Shown here in pieces: positions 22,206-32,852 of a stretch of 64,000 nucleotides of DNA. The notes below the pieces were generated by a model. That model had not been told where the DNA came from. It made no database searches and was given only the letters and a program-made list of their open reading frames with translations. Every line of letters begins with the position of its first letter. The stretch's first letter is position 1. Source of the DNA: Candidatus Bathyarchaeota archaeon (GTDB lineage: Archaea > Thermoproteota > Bathyarchaeia > 40CM-2-53-6); contig CAVPLU010000014.1 in assembly GCA_963706285.1 (NCBI GenBank), positions 1 to 64,000 on the forward strand, given 5' to 3'. The position numbers were made by a program, and so were the translations under genes.

Positions 22206-22867
22206 GAAAGCGAGACCTCCTTTGCTCTCTTCACGAATTCAAAGATCTTGTCGTGATCCTTCACACCAGGGCTACGTTCGACACCGGTTGAGACATCGAC
22301 GGCAAATGGGCGAACGACTCGAATCGCTTCGGCAACATTGTCCGGCGAGAGACCGCCAGCCAGTGTGAGAGGCGTAGGGTCAATCAGGTCTCTGACTCGG
22401 GCGGATAGTTTCCAGTCGTGAGTTTTGCCGGTTCCTCCGCTCAGGTCATTTACATAAGAGTCGGCGTGGATTCCATCGAAGACCTTGGACAGAGCCAGTC
22501 CCTCACTAAGGCACGACTCATCTCGGATAGACACCGCGCCGATGAACTCGACTTCCGCGAAGTTCTGTCGAATCGACGCTGGAATCGACGATTCATGTCC
22601 ATGGAGTTGAACTATGTCTGGAGCCAACGCGCTAAGTAGGAAGGACAACCTCTCTTCAAAATCGGGTTGAGCTTTCACAGTGACTGCAACCTTCTTGATG
22701 CGATCCGGTACTCTTTCCATCAGTCGGTGCGCTGTCTTCACAGAGAGATTGCGAGGGGAGGATGGCACACCTACAACGAATCCGAGATAGTCTGCCTCGG
22801 CTCCTACGGCAGCGAGAATATCTTCTTCCTCGCGAATTCCACAGATCTTGACTCGAACTCTACTCAA
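22202..22867 (-). CDS. trpF: Phosphoribosylanthranilate isomerase
   Basis: [33 protein letters not shown]. Confidence 0.95.
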   Translation of the reverse strand: MSRVRVKICGIREEEDILAAVGAEADYLGFVVGVPSSPRNLSVKTAHRLMERVPDRIKKVAVTVKAQPDFEERLSFLLSALAPDIVQLHGHESSIPASIRQNFAEVEFIGAVSIRDESCLSEGLALSKVFDGIHADSYVNDLSGGTGKTHDWKLSARVRDLIDPTPLTLAGGLSPDNVAEAIRVVRPFAVDVSTGVERSPGVKDHDKIFEFVKRAKEVSLS

Positions 22868-23646
22868 AGCGAATTGACCAACTCCTCAAGTTTCAGTCTT
22901 GGATCTCTTGCCTTCATCAGGCAGGTTCCGACAAGGAATGCTCGAGCTCCAGACTTGGAAAGGAATCGAATGTCTTCGGGGTTTTCGATCCCACTCTCAC
23001 TTAGTATGATCTTGAGCTTGGCTGAACAGCTTTCACACAATGTAGCCGTAGTTTTCAGATCGACCTTGAGAGTTGCCAGATCACGGTTGTTTATGCCAAC
23101 GAGGTCTGCGCTCGAGTCGAGTGCAGACGAGAATTCCTTGACCGTGTGCGTTTCTAGGAGGACTTCCAGATTCTCAGAGTGCGCTTTCTCAATCAATGTT
23201 TCAATTTCATGTGCTGAGTATCCTCTATCATGGATGGCTTGAATTAGCAGGATACAATCGGCCCCTAGGCTAGCTGCGGCCTTGATCTGAACGGGATCCA
23301 AGACAATATCTTTCATCAGGATCGGGAGGTTCACACGTTTCCTCACTAGAGATAGGTTCTCCAAAGAGCCTTTGAAGTGCGTCGGTTCCGTCAAGACGGA
23401 TATTCCAATCGCCCCTCCCAACGCGAAATCTTGAGCCAACTCACCAACATCTCGTTCTTTCAGGAGTAGCCCAGAAGAGGGAGATTGAGGTTTGATCTCG
23501 GCTATTACGGCGGCTTTTGTGGATTCCAGAATGGATTGTTTGAGGCTTCTTCTCTGGCCATTCCAAGCCTCACTAGGCTTCTCGTAGTAGCCAGTCGTCA
23601 GTCTCAGTTGCGCGTCTCTCGCCAATACATCAAGATAGTCAGTCAT
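22864..23646 (-). CDS. trpC: Indole-3-glycerol phosphate synthase
   Basis: IAEIK..SPS, SVLTE..F.GS, GINNRDL, SESGI. Confidence 0.95.
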   Translation of the reverse strand: MTDYLDVLARDAQLRLTTGYYEKPSEAWNGQRRSLKQSILESTKAAVIAEIKPQSPSSGLLLKERDVGELAQDFALGGAIGISVLTEPTHFKGSLENLSLVRKRVNLPILMKDIVLDPVQIKAAASLGADCILLIQAIHDRGYSAHEIETLIEKAHSENLEVLLETHTVKEFSSALDSSADLVGINNRDLATLKVDLKTTATLCESCSAKLKIILSESGIENPEDIRFLSKSGARAFLVGTCLMKARDPRLKLEELVNSL

Positions 23647-24700
23647 ATCGCTCTTCCAACGTTTCCAGTTTTGCGAGAGATCCGCCACTCCCCTTGACTA
23701 GCGCAACGAGTTTCCGGTAAGTGGCGCCAGACTCAACGGAACGCTTGGCTAGCTCGACGCCCTCTTTCAAGTCAGTAGCCAAGCCTCCCAGGAAGATGGC
23801 TGCAGCCGCGTTTACCAAGGCCATGTCTCGCTTTGTGTCTTGACCGAGTTTGCGTCCCGAGAGTATTTGATAGGTCACGGAAATGCTTCCATCGACGTCA
23901 AGCTCGAGCAGATCTTCTATTCCTGCCTTGGGCACTCCGAAATCAGAGCACGTGAGGCATTTCAGCTCAACTGTCTTCCCTGAGATTCTTGCCAGAATCG
24001 TCTCTCCGACAGTTGAGATCTCATCGAGGCCCCCTCTTCCGTGAATCACCATGGCATCTTCCACGCCAAGACCGGTAAGGGCGTGGGCCAGAGGTTCAAC
24101 CATGCGTTCGTCGTACACGCCTAGAAGCTGCGCGTCCGCGCTTGCAGGATTCGTCAAAGGTCCCAAGATGTTGAAGACCGTTCTGATGCCGATCTCTTTC
24201 CTGGGGGCGATTGCATTTTTCATGGCTGGGTGGAAGATAGGAGCGAACATGAATCCGATTCCGATGTCTTCGATGAGGCGTTCGACTTTCTGAGGCTCAA
24301 GATTCAGGTTCACCCCGAAATGTTCGAGAACATCTGCGCTTCCACACTTGCTGGTTACCGACCTGTTGCCGTGCTTTGCAATGGTGACTCCTGCGCTTGC
24401 GGCTATCAAGGCGGCAGCAGTGCTTACGTTGAATGTCTTGATTTTGTCTCCGCCAGTTCCACATGTATCGACGATTCTGCCGCGGACTTTTGGGGAGATT
24501 CTCTGACTGAATCTTCTCATAGTTTCTGCGAAAGCTACGATCTCCTCTACGGTCTCGCCTTTCATTCTCAACGCTGTTAGGAAGGATGCAACTTGTGAGT
24601 TGGTCGCCTCTCCCCTCATTATCTCGCCCATAATTTGGGAAGCTTCTTGGCTGGAAAGGTGCTGTAGTTCGACCAGCTTTGCGATTCCTTCCTGAATCAT
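23639..24700 (-). CDS. trpD: Anthranilate phosphoribosyltransferase
   Basis: DTCGTGGD, FNVST, KHGNRS.TSKCGSAD. Confidence 0.96.
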   Translation of the reverse strand: MIQEGIAKLVELQHLSSQEASQIMGEIMRGEATNSQVASFLTALRMKGETVEEIVAFAETMRRFSQRISPKVRGRIVDTCGTGGDKIKTFNVSTAAALIAASAGVTIAKHGNRSVTSKCGSADVLEHFGVNLNLEPQKVERLIEDIGIGFMFAPIFHPAMKNAIAPRKEIGIRTVFNILGPLTNPASADAQLLGVYDERMVEPLAHALTGLGVEDAMVIHGRGGLDEISTVGETILARISGKTVELKCLTCSDFGVPKAGIEDLLELDVDGSISVTYQILSGRKLGQDTKRDMALVNAAAAIFLGGLATDLKEGVELAKRSVESGATYRKLVALVKGSGGSLAKLETLEERYD

Positions 24701-25287
24701 AGTCGCGATCGACCTCGAAGGAAGTTAGCAATCATCTTCTTTCCGTCCTGTGTGAGAATTGATTCAGGATGGAACTGGACGCCTTCTATCGGATGGTGGA
24801 CGTGACGGACGCCCATTATTTCTCCGTCGTCTTTCGATCGGGCAGTCATCTCAAGACAGGAGGGCAACGAACTTTCGATGCATGATAGGGAGTGATATCT
24901 CGTTGCTTGGAAAGGATTCGAGACTTGCTCGAAAATGCCTCGGCCATCATGTTCCACCACACTTGTCTTGCCATGCATCAGCGTCTTGGCAGGGCCTATT
25001 GCTCCTCCAAAAGCTGCGACGATTCCTTGATGTCCTAAACAAACGCCGAGCAGAGGAGTCTTCGGACCGATGCGAGTGATTACTTCATTGCAGACACCGA
25101 AATACTTCTTGTCCAGCGGTGTTCCTGGTCCTGGCGATATGATGATTCTGTCAGCCTTCAGGTTCTCGACATCATCAATCGTCACTTTGTCGTTTCTGAA
25201 CACAATGGGGTCTCCTCCTAGTTCCCCCACGTATTGGACGATGTTGTACACGAATGAGTCGTAGTTGTCAAGCACCAGAACTTTCAA
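24697..25287 (-). CDS. trpG: Anthranilate synthase component II
   Basis: DNYDSF, SPGPG, GVCLGHQ, RYHSL, QFHPES. Confidence 0.96.
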   Translation of the reverse strand: MKVLVLDNYDSFVYNIVQYVGELGGDPIVFRNDKVTIDDVENLKADRIIISPGPGTPLDKKYFGVCNEVITRIGPKTPLLGVCLGHQGIVAAFGGAIGPAKTLMHGKTSVVEHDGRGIFEQVSNPFQATRYHSLSCIESSLPSCLEMTARSKDDGEIMGVRHVHHPIEGVQFHPESILTQDGKKMIANFLRGRSRL

Positions 25288-26642
25288 TTGTCCTCACTCT
25301 CGCAGTTCTTCAGAGCCATCAGAAGGCCTCTTGCCTTGTCCTCAGTCTCCATCCATTCGCGCTCCGGAATAGAATCGGCGACTATGCCGGCTCCAACCTG
25401 GATGCTCGCTTTCTCCCCGTCAGCTACTAGTGTCCGAATCGTTATTGCGAAGTCAGCGTCTCCCGAGTAAGAGACGTATCCCAGGGCTCCCGCATATGGC
25501 CCTCTTCGAGTCGGTTCCAACTCCTCTATGATCTCCATAGCTCTGACTTTCGGAGCGCCTGACACTGTACCCGCGGGAAAGACGGCGCGTAGACAATCAG
25601 AGGCATCGTAGCAGTCCTTCAGTGAACCAGTTACTCTCGAGACGATATGTTGCACATGACTGAATTGGTGGACTTCCATGAACTCTGGGACCGACACGGA
25701 CCCATACTGAGAGACGCGCCCTAAGTCGTTTCGAGCCAAGTCCACAAGCATGGTATGTTCTGCGCGTTCTTTCGGATCCTCCAGCAACTCATTGGCAAGG
25801 GCTTTGTTCTTGGCTGGATCGGTCACATGGGGCCTCGTGCCCGCTATCGGATAACTCTCCACCATCTTGTCTGAGATTCTCACAAGCATCTCTGGGCTTG
25901 AGCCTACAATCTGCCTCGGCCCCATCTTCAGGAAGAACATGTAGGGTGAAGCGTTGATCTTGCGGAGCGTCTCGTAGAAACCTAGGAGACTCCCTTTGAT
26001 CTTGAAATCGAGTCGCTTGGAGAGAACTACTTGGAATATGTCTCCAGCCGCTATGTAGTCTTTGGCCCTAGAAACGTTGTCTTCGAACCTTTCCTGCGAA
26101 ATTGTGGATCTGAGGTCCGAATACTGAAAACGATCGTCCCTTTTATTTTGATTCGTTATGTTGAGGATCTGATCTGATCGATCTTCACCATGATAGTAGT
26201 AGAACGCTTTCCAGTCGTGATGATCGAAGACCAAGCCGTCGTCGTAAATTCCAAACTCTACGTCCGGAAATCTCAAGTCGTCTTGAGTCAGTTGAGGAAG
26301 GTTCTCCCACATTCTGACTGCGTCATATGAGATGAAGCCTACTGCGCCGCCAACGAACGGGAACCCTGCTGGCAAACTTGAGTGGGGGCGAACAACTCGA
26401 CGAAGAAGCGCAAACGGGTCGTGATCCGTAGCAACAATCTGGCCTGATTCTGGATTCTCGAGTTGAACACTCTCGTCCTTGGACCTCAGGACTAAGCGCG
26501 GAGCGAATCCGATGAATGAGAAACGGGCAAGCCTCTCGGGACCTACGAGGGACTCTAGGAAATAGACATGATTCTCTTTTTCCATTAGACCAGAGAAGAC
26601 TTCGATGGGCGGAGGGAGCGAGGGGAGCTCTTTTATCCTCAC
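25284..26642 (-). CDS. trpE: Anthranilate synthase component I (true N-terminus may extend to ~26690 across a missing A)
   Basis: [46 protein letters not shown]. Confidence 0.95.
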   Translation of the reverse strand: MRIKELPSLPPPIEVFSGLMEKENHVYFLESLVGPERLARFSFIGFAPRLVLRSKDESVQLENPESGQIVATDHDPFALLRRVVRPHSSLPAGFPFVGGAVGFISYDAVRMWENLPQLTQDDLRFPDVEFGIYDDGLVFDHHDWKAFYYYHGEDRSDQILNITNQNKRDDRFQYSDLRSTISQERFEDNVSRAKDYIAAGDIFQVVLSKRLDFKIKGSLLGFYETLRKINASPYMFFLKMGPRQIVGSSPEMLVRISDKMVESYPIAGTRPHVTDPAKNKALANELLEDPKERAEHTMLVDLARNDLGRVSQYGSVSVPEFMEVHQFSHVQHIVSRVTGSLKDCYDASDCLRAVFPAGTVSGAPKVRAMEIIEELEPTRRGPYAGALGYVSYSGDADFAITIRTLVADGEKASIQVGAGIVADSIPEREWMETEDKARGLLMALKNCESEDN

Positions 26643-26840
26643 TTCAAGCGGCTTGGAGCTTCGAGTTTCCGTGCCTCGAGATCCAAAGGCAATCCCTCAT
26701 GCTAATCGCCGCCCCCACATCATCGCTGTCATATTTAAGCCTACATAGTACATTTATGGCCTTCAGAGTACAAAAAAGACGCTTAAGGCCTAATTCCGCC
26801 CTGTGCACTCAATGTCGCCAAGCCCACCCAATAATCCAAC

Positions 26841-27434
26841 TCACAAATCGAGATCATATCTCTCTTCAGTGATCTTTCGTCCCCAAATTTGGTGCGTTCT
26901 TCTCCGAGTTCGCCTGAATCCAGCATTTGTGTAGAGCCGTTGAGCTGTGTTCAGTTCGCTTGTTGTCCAGAGGAACACGGCTCTATACTTCTGTTCTTTG
27001 CAGAAATGGAGCGCTTGATTGAGTAGTCTCCTCCCCATACCGAGTCCCCGATACTTGGGGTGGACGAAGACCCAGCGAAGTTGGGCCTCTATTTTTGAAT
27101 GCCCTACAATCGCGATGGAGCCAACAATCCGATGATTTCTCTCTGCCAGCCAAATCCGGTCTTTGTCAGGATTGAAAGATCGAATGAATTTGGCAAGCCC
27201 GTCAGCAACATAGGCTTCGAATGTTCGATCGTAGCCGTATTCTCTCGCATACACAACCCCGTGAAGATGGATCAGATATCCAATGTCACCTGGTTTAGTA
27301 TGATGCCGTAGCTTCAATTTTGCCAGCGAGGAGTTGGGAGCACTGTTCTTTCGTTTTCTTCCATGTTCAGATGATGAGCCTGTCGAGCTGAACACTTTTC
27401 GATCTTTCGTCATGGACAGTCGCTGTCTTGTCAC
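26841..27434 (-). CDS. GNAT acetyltransferase (resembles the C-terminal domain of MarR-GNAT fusions)
   Basis: PGDIG..I..HG..YA.EYG, AQLRW, RGLGMG, LWT. Confidence 0.85.
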   Translation of the reverse strand: MTRQRLSMTKDRKVFSSTGSSSEHGRKRKNSAPNSSLAKLKLRHHTKPGDIGYLIHLHGVVYAREYGYDRTFEAYVADGLAKFIRSFNPDKDRIWLAERNHRIVGSIAIVGHSKIEAQLRWVFVHPKYRGLGMGRRLLNQALHFCKEQKYRAVFLWTTSELNTAQRLYTNAGFRRTRRRTHQIWGRKITEERYDLDL

Positions 27435-27531
27435 TGAATGATAGTGGTTTCCTTGTCTATCTGATCAACTAAAAAGTTCTAATACCACTCCACGCTTCGA
27501 GGGCGGCCATCTCTATCAGGCCAGACAAGCC

Positions 27532-28623
27532 TTGACCGGTCCAAAGAGCTTCAGCAGAAGAAAGTACTTGAAGTACGTTGGTATAGCGGCGCTGGGCGTA
27601 TCCGGATCGGCGATTGCTCTATGGGGCCCCTGGAAACAGAGTCCGCCCTACGTGCCCGAAGTTGTCAGCGCTACTCAGACAACTGGATCAACCATTCAAG
27701 CAACTGCATCAACAAACGTCCCAACAACTGCATCAGTCACTACAGCGGTGAAAGAGACACCAACGCTGCCTGGTGCAGAGAAATCCTTGGTCTCGGTCGT
27801 GAGGGGTAACTCGGACGCTCAAATCGAAGCAATGGTACAGAAAAGCGTAGATACCATTGGAGGGATCGGGAAATTCATCTCTTCGGGGCAGAGAGTGGTC
27901 GTGAAACCGCCTGTTCTTACATCCGACAAAGCATGCACGCCAGATCCTAGAGTTGTCGCCGCCATAGTCCGACTCGCAAAGGACGCCGGAGGTAAAGTTG
28001 CTGTCGCGGAATCCTCAGGAAACGGAGATACTGGCTACAACCTATCCAAGGTTGGAATAACCGCGGCCGCTCAGGACGCAGGTGCCGAAGTGATCAATCT
28101 TCAAACGGAAAAAGCAGTTCAGGTAACTGTACCGAATGGCGTGCTGCTCAAACAGGTAGACACTTTTCCCACTATCCGTGATTGTGATGTGCTCATAAGC
28201 GTACCAAGACTCAAGAGGCACAGTTCAACCCTCGTTACGATTTCTCTGAAGAATATGATGGGGACTCTGCCGCCGTCCGAGATGCGACGACTTCACACAC
28301 TAGGTCTATCCCAGTGCATTGGAGACCTGAACACAATCGTCAAGCCTCACCTTACGGTCGTGGACGCAAGCTACGCAATGACCAGAACTGGACCGACAGG
28401 TGGCGATTTGACAAGGCTGGACACCATTCTGGCGTCAAGAGATTCAGTTGCGGCGGATACGATCGCCGCAAGAGAACTGCAAGCGCTGGAAGAACGGATA
28501 GGTGTGGCTTCCAGGTTCCGGTTCGATGCCGCCAACGTCAGTCATATTCGTGCAGCTGCTGATCTACGAGTCGGCAAATCCAGCCTAGACGATATCGAGA
28601 TTGTCGAGGTAACTTTGCCCTAA
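27532..28623 (+). CDS. Tat-exported DUF362 protein
   Basis: SRRKYLK twin-arginine signal, Thr-rich linker, VVKP, LKRH, SLKN.MG, D.VA.D. Confidence 0.8.
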   Translation: MTGPKSFSRRKYLKYVGIAALGVSGSAIALWGPWKQSPPYVPEVVSATQTTGSTIQATASTNVPTTASVTTAVKETPTLPGAEKSLVSVVRGNSDAQIEAMVQKSVDTIGGIGKFISSGQRVVVKPPVLTSDKACTPDPRVVAAIVRLAKDAGGKVAVAESSGNGDTGYNLSKVGITAAAQDAGAEVINLQTEKAVQVTVPNGVLLKQVDTFPTIRDCDVLISVPRLKRHSSTLVTISLKNMMGTLPPSEMRRLHTLGLSQCIGDLNTIVKPHLTVVDASYAMTRTGPTGGDLTRLDTILASRDSVAADTIAARELQALEERIGVASRFRFDAANVSHIRAAADLRVGKSSLDDIEIVEVTLP

Positions 28624-28648
28624 TCTTACGAGTGCTGAGGAAGAGCGT

Positions 28649-29252
28649 TTGGCCATCACGAGAAGAGAATGCGTCACTTTTGTTGCCCAGTCTGCACTAG
28701 TACTCGGCATCATGAGGGTTGCCTCTCTACTTCCAGCACGCGCCGACGCTGTCGCCGTCAGACCACCAGGCGCAGTTGATGAAGCCTACTTCTCTCTCCT
28801 TTGCGTGCGTTGCGGAATATGCCTCGAAGTATGTCCCACGAAGGCCATCGTGTTTAGGAGGATTTGAGGAAGGAATAGCCACAGTCAACACGCCCAAGAT
28901 CGATCCATTGAATGGCGCGTGCGAGTTCATCAGGGGCAGATGCGAGGAGAGCATGCGGTGTGCCGATCATTGCCCGACCGGTGCGCTCCAACGGATCGCC
29001 AAGGAGCAGGCTAAACTCGGAACGGTGAGATTCAATCGCGATAGTTGCCTTGCGTATCAGGGCAAGGAATGTGTGGTCTGCAGTGAGATGTGCCCTGTTC
29101 CTGAAGCGATTGTCGTCACTGAGGATCTGAAACCGACATTCAATCCGGACAAATGCGTGGGCTGCGGCACTTGCGTCTACACTTGTCCTGCGAATCCAAA
29201 GGCTCTAGGTCTACTGGCGGAGGGGGCTAAACGCACAAAATGGCTTGGATGA
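28649..29252 (+). CDS. NapG/MauM-like polyferredoxin, one apparent frameshift at ~28854
   Basis: ITRR N-terminus, RPPGA..E..F...CVRCGICLEVCP, three further Cys clusters. Confidence 0.85.
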
Positions 29253-30028
29253 AGAAGCACAGATTCGAGATAGTGAGGCCCCTTGCAGGCGGTTTGGTGA
29301 TTCTACTCTTTGTCCTCGCCGCATACTCCGGGATCGCTTATGGCACGACTTCCGCGTTCAGTCTCGGCGGCCTGGTGCTGATTTCGCCGCTGGAATGGGG
29401 CCTTCTGACTCTTGGCACGAAGACGATCATACCTACCCTTCTAGTACCTGCTCTTTCGGTCGTTCTGGTGATAGTGCTCTTTGGCCGGTTCTTGTGCGGT
29501 TGGATCTGTCCTGTTGGGATGCTGCTTGATTACTCGCATGGAATCACCAGAGTCACGAACAAGAAAACGCTCGGTCTCTCTAGAAATAGTAGAATGAGGT
29601 ATGCAATTCTCATCGCTATCCTCGCGGCCAGCCTCCTTTTCAACTTCTCTCTGCCGTACCTCTTCTCGCCTCCTGGGATAGTCTACAGAGCCGTATTGGG
29701 TTACGTAATGAGAGGCGTCATGGGTGCCGACTTGGCTCTTCTATTGCTGATCTTTGTTCTGGACGTGTTATCGATCCGCTTCGGCCGGACCTGGTGCAAC
29801 AGCATCTGCCCATTAGGGACTACAATCAGCAGTCTCAGCATCGTCAACTTCCTGAGACCGCAAGTCGATCATGGAAAATGTACTAATTGCCTTGAGTGCG
29901 AGAAGGTTTGCCCGATGCAGATCTCGCTGGCTCACAGTTCGAACAGATGGGCCATGATGCTCTGCAACAAGTGTATGAAGTGCCTAGACCACTGCCCAAT
30001 TGGAGCCATAAAGATAGTAGCCGTCTAG
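29240..30028 (+). CDS. NapH/MauN-like membrane 4Fe-4S protein
   Basis: GRFLCGWICP and WCNSICP motifs, TM helices, two C-terminal CxxCxxCxxxCP motifs. Confidence 0.88.
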   Translation: MAWMKKHRFEIVRPLAGGLVILLFVLAAYSGIAYGTTSAFSLGGLVLISPLEWGLLTLGTKTIIPTLLVPALSVVLVIVLFGRFLCGWICPVGMLLDYSHGITRVTNKKTLGLSRNSRMRYAILIAILAASLLFNFSLPYLFSPPGIVYRAVLGYVMRGVMGADLALLLLIFVLDVLSIRFGRTWCNSICPLGTTISSLSIVNFLRPQVDHGKCTNCLECEKVCPMQISLAHSSNRWAMMLCNKCMKCLDHCPIGAIKIVAV

Positions 30029-30109
30029 AGAGAAGGAGTAATCCCGAGTTCGTCGCGGCTAGTTAGTCAATATATAGGGCGGATCAGAAGCGAAGAAGTA
30101 GGCTTCATA

Positions 30110-30694
30110 ATGAGTGTAAACGATTCCTTCCAGCTGTGTGGGCTCCGTTCCGGAGAGGACCTTGATTATCGCCAGCGTGAAGTGCTGTCTGCGCTTTCTG
30201 GAGAACACAAGGCAACTTACTCATTTCAGGGACTCCGCAGGAAGCTTGGGCTGCATCAGGAGATGCTCTCCAGAACATTGGACCGGCTTGAAGAGCAAGA
30301 CCTTGTTGAAAAAACCGAGGATGGATATCGAATCAGCTTCGACAGTCACTCGTCTCGGTTGAGTCATACCGGATCCGTCGTGACCGAGGCGAGAGCAATA
30401 ACAGCCTATCTTCCGCATGACATGGATCCAAGTTTCGTTTTGAGAAATCTCAAGGGAAGATGGTTCGGCGAATTTCGTTGGCTTGGGTACTCATGCACAT
30501 CGTCAGCCACCATGATGAGTTGGATAAGTGATGACGGGCGTGTGGAACTACGAGCAAAGCTTCTCAGGAACACGCTCACGATAGATGCCATCTGTGGTTC
30601 GGCGGCTGATAAAGAACGAGCGTTTAGGTCAGCTTTTGAACTCTTCGACCTTTTCGCAGATAAGACAAGTGTGATTCCTCAAGTCGCATCTTAG
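30110..30694 (+). CDS. Winged-helix domain protein
   Basis: FQGLRRKLGLHQEMLSRTL.RL....LVEK...GY wHTH plus a C-terminal GRWF..FRWLG domain. Confidence 0.7.
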   Translation: MSVNDSFQLCGLRSGEDLDYRQREVLSALSGEHKATYSFQGLRRKLGLHQEMLSRTLDRLEEQDLVEKTEDGYRISFDSHSSRLSHTGSVVTEARAITAYLPHDMDPSFVLRNLKGRWFGEFRWLGYSCTSSATMMSWISDDGRVELRAKLLRNTLTIDAICGSAADKERAFRSAFELFDLFADKTSVIPQVAS

Positions 30695-30926
30695 GCTCAC
30701 GCCGTTACTGCGAGCTCTAAGCGTTGACTTGGTTCTTGCTTCCTTAGTCAATATGCCGTGCTTCGTTCAATTGGTATCCAGTGTAGAAAAATGAAAAGGG
30801 AATTAGTCGCAAAGATGAGTCAATCAAATGACTTGAGAGCTTGGAAACCGATAGAGCCTGATCCTCAGCCGTTGGAGCGACATCCGAGTCCCGGATCTCC
30901 GGGTGAACTGAATGGAGGTGAAACGT

Positions 30927-31067
30927 ATGGATCATTGCTGTGGGCATGAAAGAAGGTTCCTTACGCGTGAAGAGAAAATCAAGCATTTAGAGGAGTACAA
31001 AGAATATCTAGAGCAAGAAGCGGCAGGCGTAGCTGAAAGAATAGAAGAACTCAAGAAACATGAGTAG
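30927..31067 (+). CDS. 46-aa coiled-coil microprotein with N-terminal HCCGH (DUF5320-like)
   Basis: MDHCCGHERRFLTREEKIKHLEEYKEYLEQEAAGVAERIEELKKHE. Strong SD GGAGGTGA just upstream. Confidence 0.8.
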   Translation: MDHCCGHERRFLTREEKIKHLEEYKEYLEQEAAGVAERIEELKKHE

Positions 31068-31325
31068 CTCCTTCGCTAAGACTAGTCGTATTGAAATCGT
31101 CTTGAGGTCGGACCATCCCCGAAAAATCTCTTCTGCAACAAATTCAAAACGTCCCCCATTGCACGGAGGTTCTAAACCCTCCGCACATTATTCCGTCGAT
31201 ATCAACCGCCAATGGGGCTCTTCAGAAGCGAAAAGCATTGCTCCAAGAAGCCATTTCGCGGCTACCCATTTTGCCAAATCGGCTCATTTTAAATAGCGTG
31301 TTATCTTGACACTCTCACGAGAGAG

Positions 31326-31814
31326 ATGGCGCTCTATTCCTGTCTTGCTTTGATCGAGGACGAGACCGACCAATTATATGAGATGTTGGTCAAGAAGGCT
31401 GGAGATCGCAGCATCGAACTCCTATTGAACGTCATACTTCAGGAAACGAAGGGACACGAAGAGATCTTCAAACATCTCGCACTGTTGTTTGACGAGACTT
31501 ATCCCCCGGCGATCCCCGATTGTGCGACAGCGATGGGCGAGCTCTTCACAGATTCTATTGAGTTTACGAGAAACCTCAAAGACAGAGTGCAGAAAGGAAT
31601 ACCTCTGCTCGAAGCCATGCAGAGGCTCGTTGGTTATGAAGAGAATGTTGGCGAAGAATTCGTAACTCTAATGCACTCTCGGCTAAGCGCACTCGATGAG
31701 GACGATGCCACGATAAAGAAAATACTCGAATACATCGCGAAAGACGAAGAGAGACATGTTGAGATACTGAAACGGGCAATTCAGGTAGCATCAACCATGA
31801 AGAGGCCTGATTGA
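31326..31814 (+). CDS. Ferritin-like/rubrerythrin-family diiron protein
   Basis: Paired ExxH motifs (ETKGH, DEERH), with a TTTTAAATA box upstream. Confidence 0.75.
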   Translation: MALYSCLALIEDETDQLYEMLVKKAGDRSIELLLNVILQETKGHEEIFKHLALLFDETYPPAIPDCATAMGELFTDSIEFTRNLKDRVQKGIPLLEAMQRLVGYEENVGEEFVTLMHSRLSALDEDDATIKKILEYIAKDEERHVEILKRAIQVASTMKRPD

Positions 31815-32048
31815 CCCGGTGCCCTGGGCATTTGATTTCATGTCGTCGAATCAGCATGGAAATGAGATTTCCTGTCTTTGCCTATTATGCTCGATGAACA
31901 AGTTCGGGAGTTCGAATCCGTCCTGTACACACGATTGCTCAGAAGCAATTCTCTTATGGCTGAAGCCTGGCGTCGTAGGCGAGTTATGCGGAGCGTTCAG
32001 CTTCGTGACGCCATGGCCTCTTTGAGCCGGTTCTAGACTATCCGATTT

Positions 32049-32420
32049 CTAGAGTGGCGTTTGTTGTTTGAAGCAGTCTTGGTGCGTCTCTATCATGAGT
32101 TGAATTTCTCTTTTCAGCGTCTCCTTCGTTCGATACCCTACGAGGCTCTCGATTGGTGTGCCGTTACAGAAGAGGATCACCGTTGGGGTTCCCATGACGC
32201 CAAACTTGGCGGCGAGTTGATTGTTGTTCTCGTTTGACAGGACGTTCAGTTTGGCGAACTTCAGTTTGGCAGAATACTCTTCAGCCAGCTGGCTAAAGAC
32301 GGGATCCAAGTGTCTACACCAGACGCAGGCCTCGTGCCAGAAATCAACAAGGACTGGCGTACCTGATTTGTGTACTTCTGCATGCCAGTTATCTGCATTA
32401 ACGTCCAAAGGAGCGGTCAT
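32049..32420 (-). CDS. Thioredoxin-family protein
   Basis: VLVDFWHEACVWC, GVMGTPT. Confidence 0.88.
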   Translation of the reverse strand: MTAPLDVNADNWHAEVHKSGTPVLVDFWHEACVWCRHLDPVFSQLAEEYSAKLKFAKLNVLSNENNNQLAAKFGVMGTPTVILFCNGTPIESLVGYRTKETLKREIQLMIETHQDCFKQQTPL

Positions 32421-32852
32421 AGAATCACCAGCAGATCAAATGGATTGAGCGCACTTGGATATTATCTTAGAGTCTGCTAATATTTGCATCTTTGGCGTCG
32501 CTCGAAGATAGAAGCGAACGCTACAATATCTAGTGATTTCACTCATCTTACAGGATTGAACTGCACTCTTTTTGCGGCTGCAGAGTTGGGCATCAGCCTT
32601 CAACTTGCCTAGTGAGATGTCCTTCAGCATGAATTGACTTGGCTTTCCAGCTCAAATATGTTGACTTTGGAATGGCATGTGAATTCGAGACATGAGCGAG
32701 CACCACTTATTTGATCCTTAGCGAATGATAACGACTGCGTGTGTTAGCAGATCTTTCTTGGGTCTCGTGGCGTAAGAAAAATATACTGCACCGCATTTTG
32801 GGGCGCACGGTGAAACAACATACAGCTCCCAAGCGGCAGACTGCGCCTACTA

